Below, one piece after another: positions 50,126 through 58,811 of a DNA stretch of 64,000 bases. The notes below the pieces were generated by a model that made no database searches, was not told the origin of the DNA, and worked only from the letters and a program-made list of their open reading frames with translations. The DNA lies in NCBI GenBank assembly GCA_963798845.1, contig CAWCUS010000001.1, forward strand, positions 288,001 to 352,000, in the 5' to 3' direction. Both the position numbers and the translations under genes were made by a program. Origin of the DNA: an uncultured Gemmatimonadales bacterium (GTDB lineage: Bacteria; Gemmatimonadota; Gemmatimonadetes; Longimicrobiales; RSA9). Positions within the stretch are counted from its first letter, which is position 1. Each line of letters begins with the position of its first letter.

Positions 50126-51526
50126 TCAGCGGCGGCCCGGAGGCGCGCCAGCGCCCGAGGGGAACGACCCGCGCCACAGCGGATGCGCCTCCGTGTTGAA
50201 CACCACCGCGTCGAAGTCCAGGGACCCGGGTGAGGCGAGGAGCCACCCGTACTTCAACGTCTCCGCGAGGAAGAAGGACTGCATTGCGTCGCTGAGCTCC
50301 ATGGTGCGGACGTCCTTCACCTGGGCGAAGCCGTAGGGGGCACGCGTGTACTCGAAGATGGCGTCGAGCATGGTCCGCCCCAGGTCGCGCCAGCGCTCCT
50401 CTCCCGTGACGGTGAACAGGTAGTACGCCGACTCCAGCGCCTCAGGCCGCAGGATGTAGGCGGCGGCTGTCACGGTCATGGTGGAGTAGTCGAGCTCCTC
50501 CGGCTCCAGGCCCTTCAGCGACCACATGCGGGCGACGCTCTCCTCCAGCCGCTCCGCCCGCTCCACATCGCCGCCCAGCGCCAGGACCGCGGGGAGGAAC
50601 GCCTGCAGCGCACCGAAGCGCGTGTCGATCCGCGCCCCCGTGTCCATGTCCACCGCGCCGTACCAGAGCCCGTCGAAGCGCTCGTCGGCCTCGTAGCGGT
50701 TCACGGCGGTGACCCCTTCGTCGTACATCCGCCGCAGCTGCGGGTCATCGAACAGGATCGAGCCCTTGAGCAGGTACTCGTGCCAGGAATCGATGCGGCC
50801 GCCCACGTGCGACGCCGGTCTCTTCCACACGCCGGTCCGGACGTCGATCACCTCTCCCACGAGCCCGAGCGGGGAGCGACGCTGCCAGACCGCGTCGATC
50901 GCGTTCCGGGCAGCGTCCATGTAGCGCGGGTCCGACGTGACGCGCGACAGAGTGCCGAACTCCAGCAGCAGCGACCCGATCTCCGCCGGATTGCTCAGCG
51001 GATCGCGCACCTCGCCCGTGCGCAGGTTGACGAAACGGTACGGCATGCCGGTCGCGGAGCGGAAGGCCGGGAGGAGCCGGTCGCCCAGGTCGGCGGCGAG
51101 CTCGAGCCAGCGGGCGTCGCCCTCCATCTCGTACGCGGTGAGCAGCGCGCCCAGGTGACGGATCGTGATCTCGAAGACCTGGACGTCCAGGTCCTGGTCG
51201 AAGTCGAGGCGTCCGAGGATCAGCTGCTTCGCCCTGGCCGCCTCAGCGTCGAGCCCCATGAGGAGCATGGTGTCGTACGCATCGACCGGAGTCATGAGGA
51301 GCGACGTGGCGTACCAGTTCCGCCCGGCGCCGGAGATGGGGCGAAGCTCGTCGTCGCCGGAGGCGCGCTCCAGATAGCCGTCCCAGGCATGGAGGAAGGC
51401 CGCGCGCACCCGCCTCGCCATGGCCGTGTCGGGCGACTGGGCCTCAACTCCGACCACGCCCGGTCCCGCCACTGCCACGAGAAGGGCGACGAGGATTCCC
51501 AACCGGCGCGGCGTCGCCCCGCTCAT
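50126..51526 (-). CDS. Glycoside hydrolase family 47 (alpha-1,2-mannosidase-like), exported
   Basis: FLHAWDGY...DELRP, VFEITIRHLG, AEIGSLLLEF, DSWHEYLLK, YILRPEALES, SFFLAETLKY, FNTEAHP. Confidence 0.93.
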   Translation of the reverse strand: MSGATPRRLGILVALLVAVAGPGVVGVEAQSPDTAMARRVRAAFLHAWDGYLERASGDDELRPISGAGRNWYATSLLMTPVDAYDTMLLMGLDAEAARAKQLILGRLDFDQDLDVQVFEITIRHLGALLTAYEMEGDARWLELAADLGDRLLPAFRSATGMPYRFVNLRTGEVRDPLSNPAEIGSLLLEFGTLSRVTSDPRYMDAARNAIDAVWQRRSPLGLVGEVIDVRTGVWKRPASHVGGRIDSWHEYLLKGSILFDDPQLRRMYDEGVTAVNRYEADERFDGLWYGAVDMDTGARIDTRFGALQAFLPAVLALGGDVERAERLEESVARMWSLKGLEPEELDYSTMTVTAAAYILRPEALESAYYLFTVTGEERWRDLGRTMLDAIFEYTRAPYGFAQVKDVRTMELSDAMQSFFLAETLKYGWLLASPGSLDFDAVVFNTEAHPLWRGSFPSGAGAPPGRR

Positions 51527-53286
51527 GTCCCCCCAGGTATGCCGGCGGCGTTTGCGGCGGCCCGATCGCGAACCTCGTCCTGGCGATCCTGGACTGCCTT
51601 CTCTGCCGGGCTGGAACGGAACGTCAGCCACACGTTGTCGAAGCCCATGAGATCGACCACGCTCCGCCCGGCCGCGTCATCGTAGCGGACGCTTACGGTG
51701 TCGCCGGGGCGGGTCAGGGGGAGCTCGACGGAGAGGTCGCTGGCGCCCGCGAAGACGCGGTCCTCCAGGCCCTCGAGGACCAGGTAGTACGTGGTCTCTC
51801 CGCGCCGGGTGTCCGCGGAGATGCGCAGCACCGGGGCCGTGGCGGCGGCGAGGTCCATGTCCAGGTCGGCCGCCACCACGTTTCCGCGGCTGGTGAGGCG
51901 CCGCCGGTACTGGCGCATGGCGTCGGCCACGGTCTCTCCGACGCCCACGATCTGATAGTTCTGCTGCGACACCCAGGCGTACGCCTTGGCGAGCCCCTTG
52001 TTGTCCTTCAGGATGACGAAGAACGCAGGTTGCCCGGACACGTTGTAGGGGATCGGGAATCCGGCGCGGTAGCCGGCGTTCTGCACTGCCCCCTCGGCCG
52101 ACCCGCTGGCCGCCTCCTCGGTGGCGCCGGCCTGGTGGTAGAGGCGAGTCTCCTTGGTGCGGGTGTCCACGAGGGTGAAACCGATGGTGCCCTCGTCGGA
52201 GCCGACGGAAGTCATCCCCGTGTACCAGTAGCTGCGGCCGTCGTCACCGTAGACGAGCGCTGTGCCGTTCGTCGGCATGACCTGGTCCATCTCGCTCGGG
52301 TTCCACCATCCGTTGACGAGGCGGCCCCAGAGGGTCAGCTGGGAGCGGACGAAGGGCTCCGGCTGGATCCGGTCGATCCACGCCGGGGCGTCGGCGGCGT
52401 CGTAGTCCTCGATGGCGCCGGTCTGGGCGTCGACCACGACCACGCCCGTGGCGTCGTCTCCGGCGAAGCCCACGCGCTTGGCGTAGCGGGTGACCACGTA
52501 GTACGGGCGCCCGGCGTCATCGATCTCGAAGGTGTAATCGGTCAGGCCCCGGGACGTGTAGCCATGCCCGTACAGGTAGCGGCGCAGGTCGCTGCCGAAC
52601 CAGTTCCCGCCGTTGTAGAGCAGATGGATCGGCTGCCCATCCAGCCGCTGGACCATGCGGGTGTCGCGGTCGTCCGTGGCGCTCACCATGATGTAGCCGG
52701 GCGTCCCCTGCTTGCGGAACTTGAGCCACTTGAACAGCCCCGAGTGGTTGAGCGGGGCCACCCAGTACAGGCGGCCGTTCACCTGCTGGATGTTCAGCGC
52801 CCCCACGGTCACCCGGCTGCCGAGCGCCGGATCCTCGCCCAGCAGCTTGTCCGCCAGCCTCCCTGCGAGCGGCTCGTCCACCGTGCGCACCTGGGACGGG
52901 TCCACCGGCGATGTGTCCGCGGAGTAGCTCGCCGCCTTCACCTCCCCGATCAGACCGTGATAGCGGGCCGCGTGGAGCCCGACCCACGTGGTGGCCACGG
53001 CGACGCCGAGTCCGACGACACAGATCCCAGCGAGCGCCGCGGGCCCGATCCAGCGAGGCCGCCCGGCGCTGCGCATCCGGACCAGCTCCGCGAGGAACAC
53101 GATGAAGGTCGTGACCAGGAAGGGCCCTGCCAGGTCGGGGAAGCCCCAGGCCAGGGTGGGAGTGAAGGCGTACGCAATCGTCGCCGCCGCGACGCCGCTC
53201 AGGGCAGTGGCGCCGGGGCGCCGCGTCGCGGCGAAGGCGATCGCCGCGAAAACCAGCCCGATCAGCAGGAACGTCATCGTTCGCAC
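51523..53286 (-). CDS. Membrane-anchored hypothetical protein with large extracytoplasmic domain
   Basis: About four N-terminal TMs; LYWVAPL, GTPGYIMVSAT, TFEIDDAGRPY, WIDRIQP, YWYTGMTS; ATGA overlap with GH47. Confidence 0.8.
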   Translation of the reverse strand: MRTMTFLLIGLVFAAIAFAATRRPGATALSGVAAATIAYAFTPTLAWGFPDLAGPFLVTTFIVFLAELVRMRSAGRPRWIGPAALAGICVVGLGVAVATTWVGLHAARYHGLIGEVKAASYSADTSPVDPSQVRTVDEPLAGRLADKLLGEDPALGSRVTVGALNIQQVNGRLYWVAPLNHSGLFKWLKFRKQGTPGYIMVSATDDRDTRMVQRLDGQPIHLLYNGGNWFGSDLRRYLYGHGYTSRGLTDYTFEIDDAGRPYYVVTRYAKRVGFAGDDATGVVVVDAQTGAIEDYDAADAPAWIDRIQPEPFVRSQLTLWGRLVNGWWNPSEMDQVMPTNGTALVYGDDGRSYWYTGMTSVGSDEGTIGFTLVDTRTKETRLYHQAGATEEAASGSAEGAVQNAGYRAGFPIPYNVSGQPAFFVILKDNKGLAKAYAWVSQQNYQIVGVGETVADAMRQYRRRLTSRGNVVAADLDMDLAAATAPVLRISADTRRGETTYYLVLEGLEDRVFAGASDLSVELPLTRPGDTVSVRYDDAAGRSVVDLMGFDNVWLTFRSSPAEKAVQDRQDEVRDRAAANAAGIPGGT

Positions 53287-53513
53287 CTCGTGATCCGTGT
53301 GGGTCGAGCGTCCAACCTACTGCGGGGGCGGGCGGTCCCGAAACGCCCCATGGTTCGGGTACGCCCCGCGGCGCGCCCGGCTTCAGGGGTGGCGCGACTG
53401 CCGCGCGGCGAAACCTGCACGGCCGCATCCCCGTAGGGCTCGCAACGAAACGCGGACGGGGTCTGTCCAAGGTCGTGCCCGCGATCAGCCGCACCCGCTC
53501 CAGCCAGGGCAGC

Positions 53514-56027
53514 ATGGCCGACCTGAAGCTCGCCTTCCGTACGCTCAGGAAGACCCCGTTCATCACGGGCGTCGCGATCCTCTCCCTCGCACTCGGCATC
53601 GGGGCCAACGCTGCCATCTTCTCCCTCTTCAACCAGATGATCCTGGCGTCGCTCCCGGTGCGCGATCCCGGACGGCTGGTGAACCTGGGGGCGCCCGGTC
53701 CGAAGCCGGGATCGCAGTCGTGCGGACAGGCTGGAAGCTGCGACCTGGTCTTCAGCTATCCGATGTTCCGCGACCTCCAGCGGGAGCAGAGCACGCTCAC
53801 GGGGATCGCCGCGCACCGTCCGTTCATGGCCAACCTGGCGCTGGCGGACCAGACCGTGGACGGGCAGGGGATGCTGGTGTCCGGGTCGTACTTCGACGTG
53901 CTCGGGCTGCGGCCTTCCCTCGGGCGGCTGCTGACGCCTTCGGACGACGAGAAGGTCGGGGCCAATTACGTCGCCGTGCTCAGCCACCGGTTCTGGGAGA
54001 ACCGGTTCGGCGCCGACCCCTCCATCCTCAACCAGACCATCCAGGTGAACGGCAACGCCATGACGATCGTCGGCGTCGCCCCGGCTGGCTTCGACGGGAC
54101 CACCCTCGGCCGGCAACCCGACGTGTTCGTGCCGCTCACGATGCGCGCACAGGTCGAGCCCGCGTTCGCCAGCATGGCCGGGTTCGACGACCGCCGCACC
54201 TACTACGCATACCTGTTCGGACGGCTGAAGCCCGGAGCCTCGGTCGAACAGGCGAGCGCCGACCTGAACCGCATCTACCACAACATCATCACGGAGGTCG
54301 AGACGCCGCTCCAGACGGGCATGAGCGATGACGCGATGGCCCGGTTCCGCGCGAAGGAGATCAGCGTGGACGACGGCCGGCGTGGGCAGAGCTCGATCCA
54401 CGAGGAGACCCGCACACCGCTCCTCATGCTGCTCGGGATCACGGCCATCGTGCTGCTCATCGCGTGCGCCAACATCGCCAACCTCCTCCTCGCCCGCGCG
54501 GCCGCGCGGACGCAGGAGATGGCGGTGCGCGGCTCGCTCGGAGCCACCCGGGGCCAGCTGCTGCGGCAGCTGATGATCGAGTCGCTCCTCCTGGCCGTTC
54601 TCGGCGGGTTGGCCAGCCTGGTCGTCGCCCGCGCCACCCTGGCCGTCATCGGCTCCCTCCTGCCCGCCGACGCGATCCCCGGGCTGCGGCTCGAGCTGAG
54701 CACCGGCGTCGCGCTCTTCGCCGCCGCCCTCACCATGGGCACCGGGATCCTCTTCGGCCTCTTCCCCGCGCTCCACGCCACCCGCCACGACCTGGCGGGC
54801 ACGCTGCGGGCAATCTCCGGCCAGCCCGCGGGTGCGCGGGGCGCCGCCCGGTTCCGCACCTCGCTGGTGACGGGGCAGATCGCGCTTTCCATGGCGCTCA
54901 TGGTGGCCGCCGGTCTCTTCATCCGGAGCCTGGTGAACGTGAGCCGGGTGGACCTGGGGCTGCGCGCCGATCACGTGGTGACGTTCGCTATCGCACCGGC
55001 GCTGAACGGCTACCCGCCGGAGCGCAGCGGAGCGCTCTTCGCCCGCGTCGAAGAGGAGCTGGCGGCCATCCCGGGGGTGCGCAGCGTCAGCAGCGCAATG
55101 GTCCCCCTCCTGGCAGGAAGCAGCTGGGGCAACAGCGTGTCCGTGGAGGGCTTCCAGTGGGGGCCGGACGTCGATACCGGGTCTCGCTTCAACGAGGTGG
55201 GCCCCGGCTACTTCAGGACGCTGGGCATCGCGCTCATCGGCGGTCGCGAGTTCGGCGCCACCGACGCGGCCGGTACCGCACCGGTGGCCATCGTGAACGA
55301 GGCCTTCGCCCGGAAGTTCGGCCTGGAGCCCCGGGAAGCCGTGGGGAAGTGGATGGGCACGGGGAGCGGTCCGGAGGTCGAGCTCGACGTGCAGATCGTG
55401 GGCGTCGTGGAGGACGCCAAGTACAGCGACGTCAAGGACGAAGCGCCGCCCGTCTACTTCACGCCGTACCGCCAGGACGATCGCCTGGGCTTCCTCACCT
55501 TCTACCTGAGCACCAGCGGCGACCCGGCCCCCGTGCTCCGCGCCGTGCCCGGGGTGATGAAGCGGATCGATCCGACACTACCGGTGGAGGAGCTGAAGAC
55601 GCTCCAGCAGCAGGTCCGCGAAAACACGTTCGGCGACCGCGTCATCGGCACCCTCGCGGCCGCCTTCGCGCTTCTCGCCACGCTCCTCGCCGCGGTCGGG
55701 CTGTACGGCGTGTTGACCTACACTGTGGCCCAGCGCACGCGCGAGATCGGGCTGCGGATGGCGCTGGGCGCGCACGGCGGGCGCCTCCGCCGGATGGTGC
55801 TTCGCCAGGTCACCGGGATGTTCATCGTCGGCGGCGTGCTGGGGCTGGTCGGCGCCTTCGGCCTGGGGAAAGCCGCGTCCTCGCTGCTCTACGGCCTGAC
55901 GGGCACGGACCCGCTCGTGATGATCGGCGCGACCGCGCTCCTCGGCCTGGTGGCGTTCGGCGCCGGCTACATCCCAGCTCTGCGGGCGTCGCGGGTCGAC
56001 CCCATGAAGGCGCTGCGATACGAGTAG
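53514..56027 (+). CDS. Duplicated MacB/FtsX-type ABC permease (ADOP-like)
   Basis: LALGIGANAAIFS, VLLIACANIANL, GLYGVLTYTVAQRTREIGLRMALGA, PALRASRVDPMKALRYE. Confidence 0.93.
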   Translation: MADLKLAFRTLRKTPFITGVAILSLALGIGANAAIFSLFNQMILASLPVRDPGRLVNLGAPGPKPGSQSCGQAGSCDLVFSYPMFRDLQREQSTLTGIAAHRPFMANLALADQTVDGQGMLVSGSYFDVLGLRPSLGRLLTPSDDEKVGANYVAVLSHRFWENRFGADPSILNQTIQVNGNAMTIVGVAPAGFDGTTLGRQPDVFVPLTMRAQVEPAFASMAGFDDRRTYYAYLFGRLKPGASVEQASADLNRIYHNIITEVETPLQTGMSDDAMARFRAKEISVDDGRRGQSSIHEETRTPLLMLLGITAIVLLIACANIANLLLARAAARTQEMAVRGSLGATRGQLLRQLMIESLLLAVLGGLASLVVARATLAVIGSLLPADAIPGLRLELSTGVALFAAALTMGTGILFGLFPALHATRHDLAGTLRAISGQPAGARGAARFRTSLVTGQIALSMALMVAAGLFIRSLVNVSRVDLGLRADHVVTFAIAPALNGYPPERSGALFARVEEELAAIPGVRSVSSAMVPLLAGSSWGNSVSVEGFQWGPDVDTGSRFNEVGPGYFRTLGIALIGGREFGATDAAGTAPVAIVNEAFARKFGLEPREAVGKWMGTGSGPEVELDVQIVGVVEDAKYSDVKDEAPPVYFTPYRQDDRLGFLTFYLSTSGDPAPVLRAVPGVMKRIDPTLPVEELKTLQQQVRENTFGDRVIGTLAAAFALLATLLAAVGLYGVLTYTVAQRTREIGLRMALGAHGGRLRRMVLRQVTGMFIVGGVLGLVGAFGLGKAASSLLYGLTGTDPLVMIGATALLGLVAFGAGYIPALRASRVDPMKALRYE

Positions 56028-56090
56028 CGCCCGGGGGATCGAGACGGGTCCGGCCCGATCCCCCTCGGCCGCCCGCCCGCGGCGCGCCGC

Positions 56091-58037
56091 TTACGCCCCG
56101 TACTGCGCCTTGAGCCGCTCCACCACGGCCGGATCCGCCAGCGTCGTCGTGTCGCCGATGGTTCGGCCTTCGGCAATGTCCTTCAGGAGGCGCCGCATGA
56201 TCTTCCCCGACCGGGTCTTGGGCAGCTCGGCGGCGAAGATTATGGTGGCAGGGCGCGCGATGGAGCCGATCTTGTCGGCGACGTGCTCGGCCAGGTCTTC
56301 CTTGAGCGTTTCGTCGACGTGCACACCCTCCTTCAACGTGACGAACGCCGCGATCGCCTGCCCTTTCAGCTCGTCCGCCTTTCCCACCACGGCGGCCTCC
56401 GCCACCGCCGGGTGGTCGACCAGGGCGCTCTCCACCTCCATGGTGCCGATGCGGTGGCCGGCCACGTTGAGGACGTCGTCCACACGACCCAGAATCCAGA
56501 AGTAGCCATCCTCGTCCTTCTTGGCCCCGTCGCCGGGGAAGTACCTGTCGTCCCACTTCGACCAGTAGGTCTGCTGGAAGCGCTCGTCGTCACCCCAGAT
56601 GGTCCGGAGCATCCCTGGCCAGGGCCGGGTGATCGCCAGGTAGCCGGCGGAGGCCGGGTCGCCCTCGTTCGTGAGGACATCCGCGCTGATCCCGGGGAAC
56701 GGCACCGTGGCGCTTCCGGGCTTTGTCGCCGTGATCCCCGGAAGCGGCGTGATCATGATCCCTCCCGTCTCCGTCTGCCACCACGTGTCCACGATGGGCG
56801 TCTTCTCCTTGCCGATGTGCTCGTGGTACCACATCCACGCTTCGGGGTTGATGGGCTCGCCCACCGTTCCGAGCAGGCGGAGGGAGGAGAGATCGTACCC
56901 GTCGGGCCAGGCGACGCCCCAGCGCATGAACGCCCGGATGGCGGTGGGCGCCGTGTAGAAGATGGTGATCCCGTACTTCTGGACGAGCTTCCAGAAGCGG
57001 CCGCGGTCCGGCCAGTCCGGCGCTCCTTCGTACATGAACACGGTCGCACCGTTGGCCAGCGGGCCGTACACGATGTAGCTGTGCCCCGTCACCCAGCCCA
57101 CGTCGGCGGTGCACCAGTACATGTCGCTGTCCTTCAGGTCGAACACGAGCCGGGTCGTGGCCGCCACGTGCGTCAGGTAGCCGCCCGTGGTATGCACCAC
57201 CCCCTTCGGCTTCCCCGTGGTCCCGGACGTGTAGAGGATGTAGAGGATGTCCTCGGCGTCCATCGGCTCCGCCGCGCACGCGGGCGAGCTGTCCTGCATG
57301 AGCTCGTGGTACCAGTGGTCCCGGTTCGGCTTCATCTTGATCTGCGGCTCCTGTGCGATCAGCCGCCGACGCACCACCACCACGTTCTCGATGCTCGGCG
57401 TCTCCGCCAGGGCACGGTCCGCCGTGTCCTTCAGCGGGATCACCTGGCCGCGCCGGTAGCCGCCGTCCGCCGTGATCAGGAGCTTCGCTTCCGCGTCGAC
57501 GATCCGGTCGCGCAGGCTGTCCGCGCTGAACCCCCCGAAGACCACCGAGTGGATCGCGCCGATGCGGGCACACGCCAGCATGGCGATGGCCGCCTCCGGG
57601 ATCATCGGCAGGTATATGGCGACGCGGTCGCCCTTCGCCACGCCGAACCCCTTCAGCACGTTCGCGAACTTCCCCACCTCACGATGCAGGTCCCAGTACG
57701 TGTACGTCCGCTGATCCCCGGGCTCCCCCTCCCACACCAGCGCAGCCTTGTTCCGGCGGGCGCCCTCCAGGTGACGGTCGAGGCAGTTGTGCGCCACGTT
57801 GAGCTTCCCGCCCGTGAACCACTTCGCGTGCGGCGGATCCCACTCGAGCACCGTGTCCCACGGCTCGAACCAGTCCAGCTGCCGCGCCCATTCGGCCCAG
57901 AACTCCTCGGGATCGGACGACGCACGCTCGTACACGGACGCGTCGCCCGCATGCGCGTGCGACCGGAACGCCTCCGGCGGCTCGAATGTCCTGGACTCCT
58001 CCAGCAGCGCTTCCAGCGTGTGCTCGTCCGTCGCCAT
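56091..58037 (-). CDS. acs: Acetyl-CoA synthetase
   Basis: [49 protein letters not shown]. Confidence 0.98.
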   Translation of the reverse strand: MATDEHTLEALLEESRTFEPPEAFRSHAHAGDASVYERASSDPEEFWAEWARQLDWFEPWDTVLEWDPPHAKWFTGGKLNVAHNCLDRHLEGARRNKAALVWEGEPGDQRTYTYWDLHREVGKFANVLKGFGVAKGDRVAIYLPMIPEAAIAMLACARIGAIHSVVFGGFSADSLRDRIVDAEAKLLITADGGYRRGQVIPLKDTADRALAETPSIENVVVVRRRLIAQEPQIKMKPNRDHWYHELMQDSSPACAAEPMDAEDILYILYTSGTTGKPKGVVHTTGGYLTHVAATTRLVFDLKDSDMYWCTADVGWVTGHSYIVYGPLANGATVFMYEGAPDWPDRGRFWKLVQKYGITIFYTAPTAIRAFMRWGVAWPDGYDLSSLRLLGTVGEPINPEAWMWYHEHIGKEKTPIVDTWWQTETGGIMITPLPGITATKPGSATVPFPGISADVLTNEGDPASAGYLAITRPWPGMLRTIWGDDERFQQTYWSKWDDRYFPGDGAKKDEDGYFWILGRVDDVLNVAGHRIGTMEVESALVDHPAVAEAAVVGKADELKGQAIAAFVTLKEGVHVDETLKEDLAEHVADKIGSIARPATIIFAAELPKTRSGKIMRRLLKDIAEGRTIGDTTTLADPAVVERLKAQYGA

Positions 58038-58079
58038 GCAGCCTCCTGATCGCTCGGGTTTTCCCACTTCCTGCTCCAC

Positions 58080-58189
58080 AACCTAGGCCCACCGAAGTCT
58101 CCCCGACAAACTCCGGGCCAGCGACTCCGCCGCAGCGGGACCTAAAGGTGCATCCAGCGGTTGTCCGAATCCCCGCACGCGGCTACCTT
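58080..58189. promoter_or_regulatory. Divergent putative sigma70 promoters for acs and the DksA-like gene
   Basis: Minus strand TTGTCG-N18-TAGGTT (58109-58080); plus strand TTGTCC-N17-TACCTT (58161-58189). Confidence 0.5.
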
Positions 58190-58272
58190 TCCATTTTCCG
58201 CCGGCTTTGGCCGGACCGTGAAGACGGGAGAGGTGGAGCTGCGTCCACGCCCCAGCAACACCGATGTGCGAA

Positions 58273-58680
58273 ATGCCAAGAAAGCCGACGAAGAAGCTGA
58301 ACAAGAAACAGCTCGAGCACCTCCAGAAGAGGCTGCTGCGGGAGCGTGAGCGTGCGCTCCGGTCCCTCGGCCGCTACGACGAACTGGCCAAGTTGTCCGC
58401 GGAGCAGGCGGACTCCGACCTTTATTCCTACTCCGATCACATGGCCGACCTGGGCACGGACGCCATGGAGCGGGAGAAGATGCTGCTCTTCGCCAGCAAG
58501 GAAGGGCGCTACCTCTACCGAATCGAGGACGCCCTCCGGAGGCTGTACAAGGAGCCGGAGAATTTCGGGTTCTGTCACACGTGCGGCAACCTCATCGATT
58601 TCGATCGGCTGGATGCGCTGCCGCACGCGCGCTACTGCATAGACTGCAAGCGCAAGGAGGAGGAAGCGGACGCGGCCTGA
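58273..58680 (+). CDS. DksA/TraR C4 zinc-finger protein
   Basis: Coiled coil with HMADLGTD tip; CHTC...RLDALP...CIDC. Confidence 0.92.
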   Translation: MPRKPTKKLNKKQLEHLQKRLLRERERALRSLGRYDELAKLSAEQADSDLYSYSDHMADLGTDAMEREKMLLFASKEGRYLYRIEDALRRLYKEPENFGFCHTCGNLIDFDRLDALPHARYCIDCKRKEEEADAA

Positions 58681-58702
58681 GCGGTCGGCTCCTCCCTCTC
58701 AG

Positions 58703-58738
58703 AGCGGCCCCGCCTCCCTTCTCGGAGGCGGGGCCGCT
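58703..58738. terminator. Perfect 15-bp hairpin between convergent genes
   Basis: AGCGGCCCCGCCTCC-cttctc-GGAGGCGGGGCCGCT. Confidence 0.75.
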
Positions 58739-58811
58739 TGGCATCGGGGGACGCTCGGTGGTGGGCGCCCGCCCTTCCCGGTGATCCCGGTGATCCCGGT
58801 GGGTGATGCCC

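Noticed and set aside
53514..56027. ABC permease lacking an adjacent ATPase as a novelty
   Set aside because: Orphan status is normal for this duplicated permease family
58777..58803. CCCGGTGAT short tandem repeat
   Set aside because: Fewer than three units in a convergent intergenic region; likely slippage with no evident function
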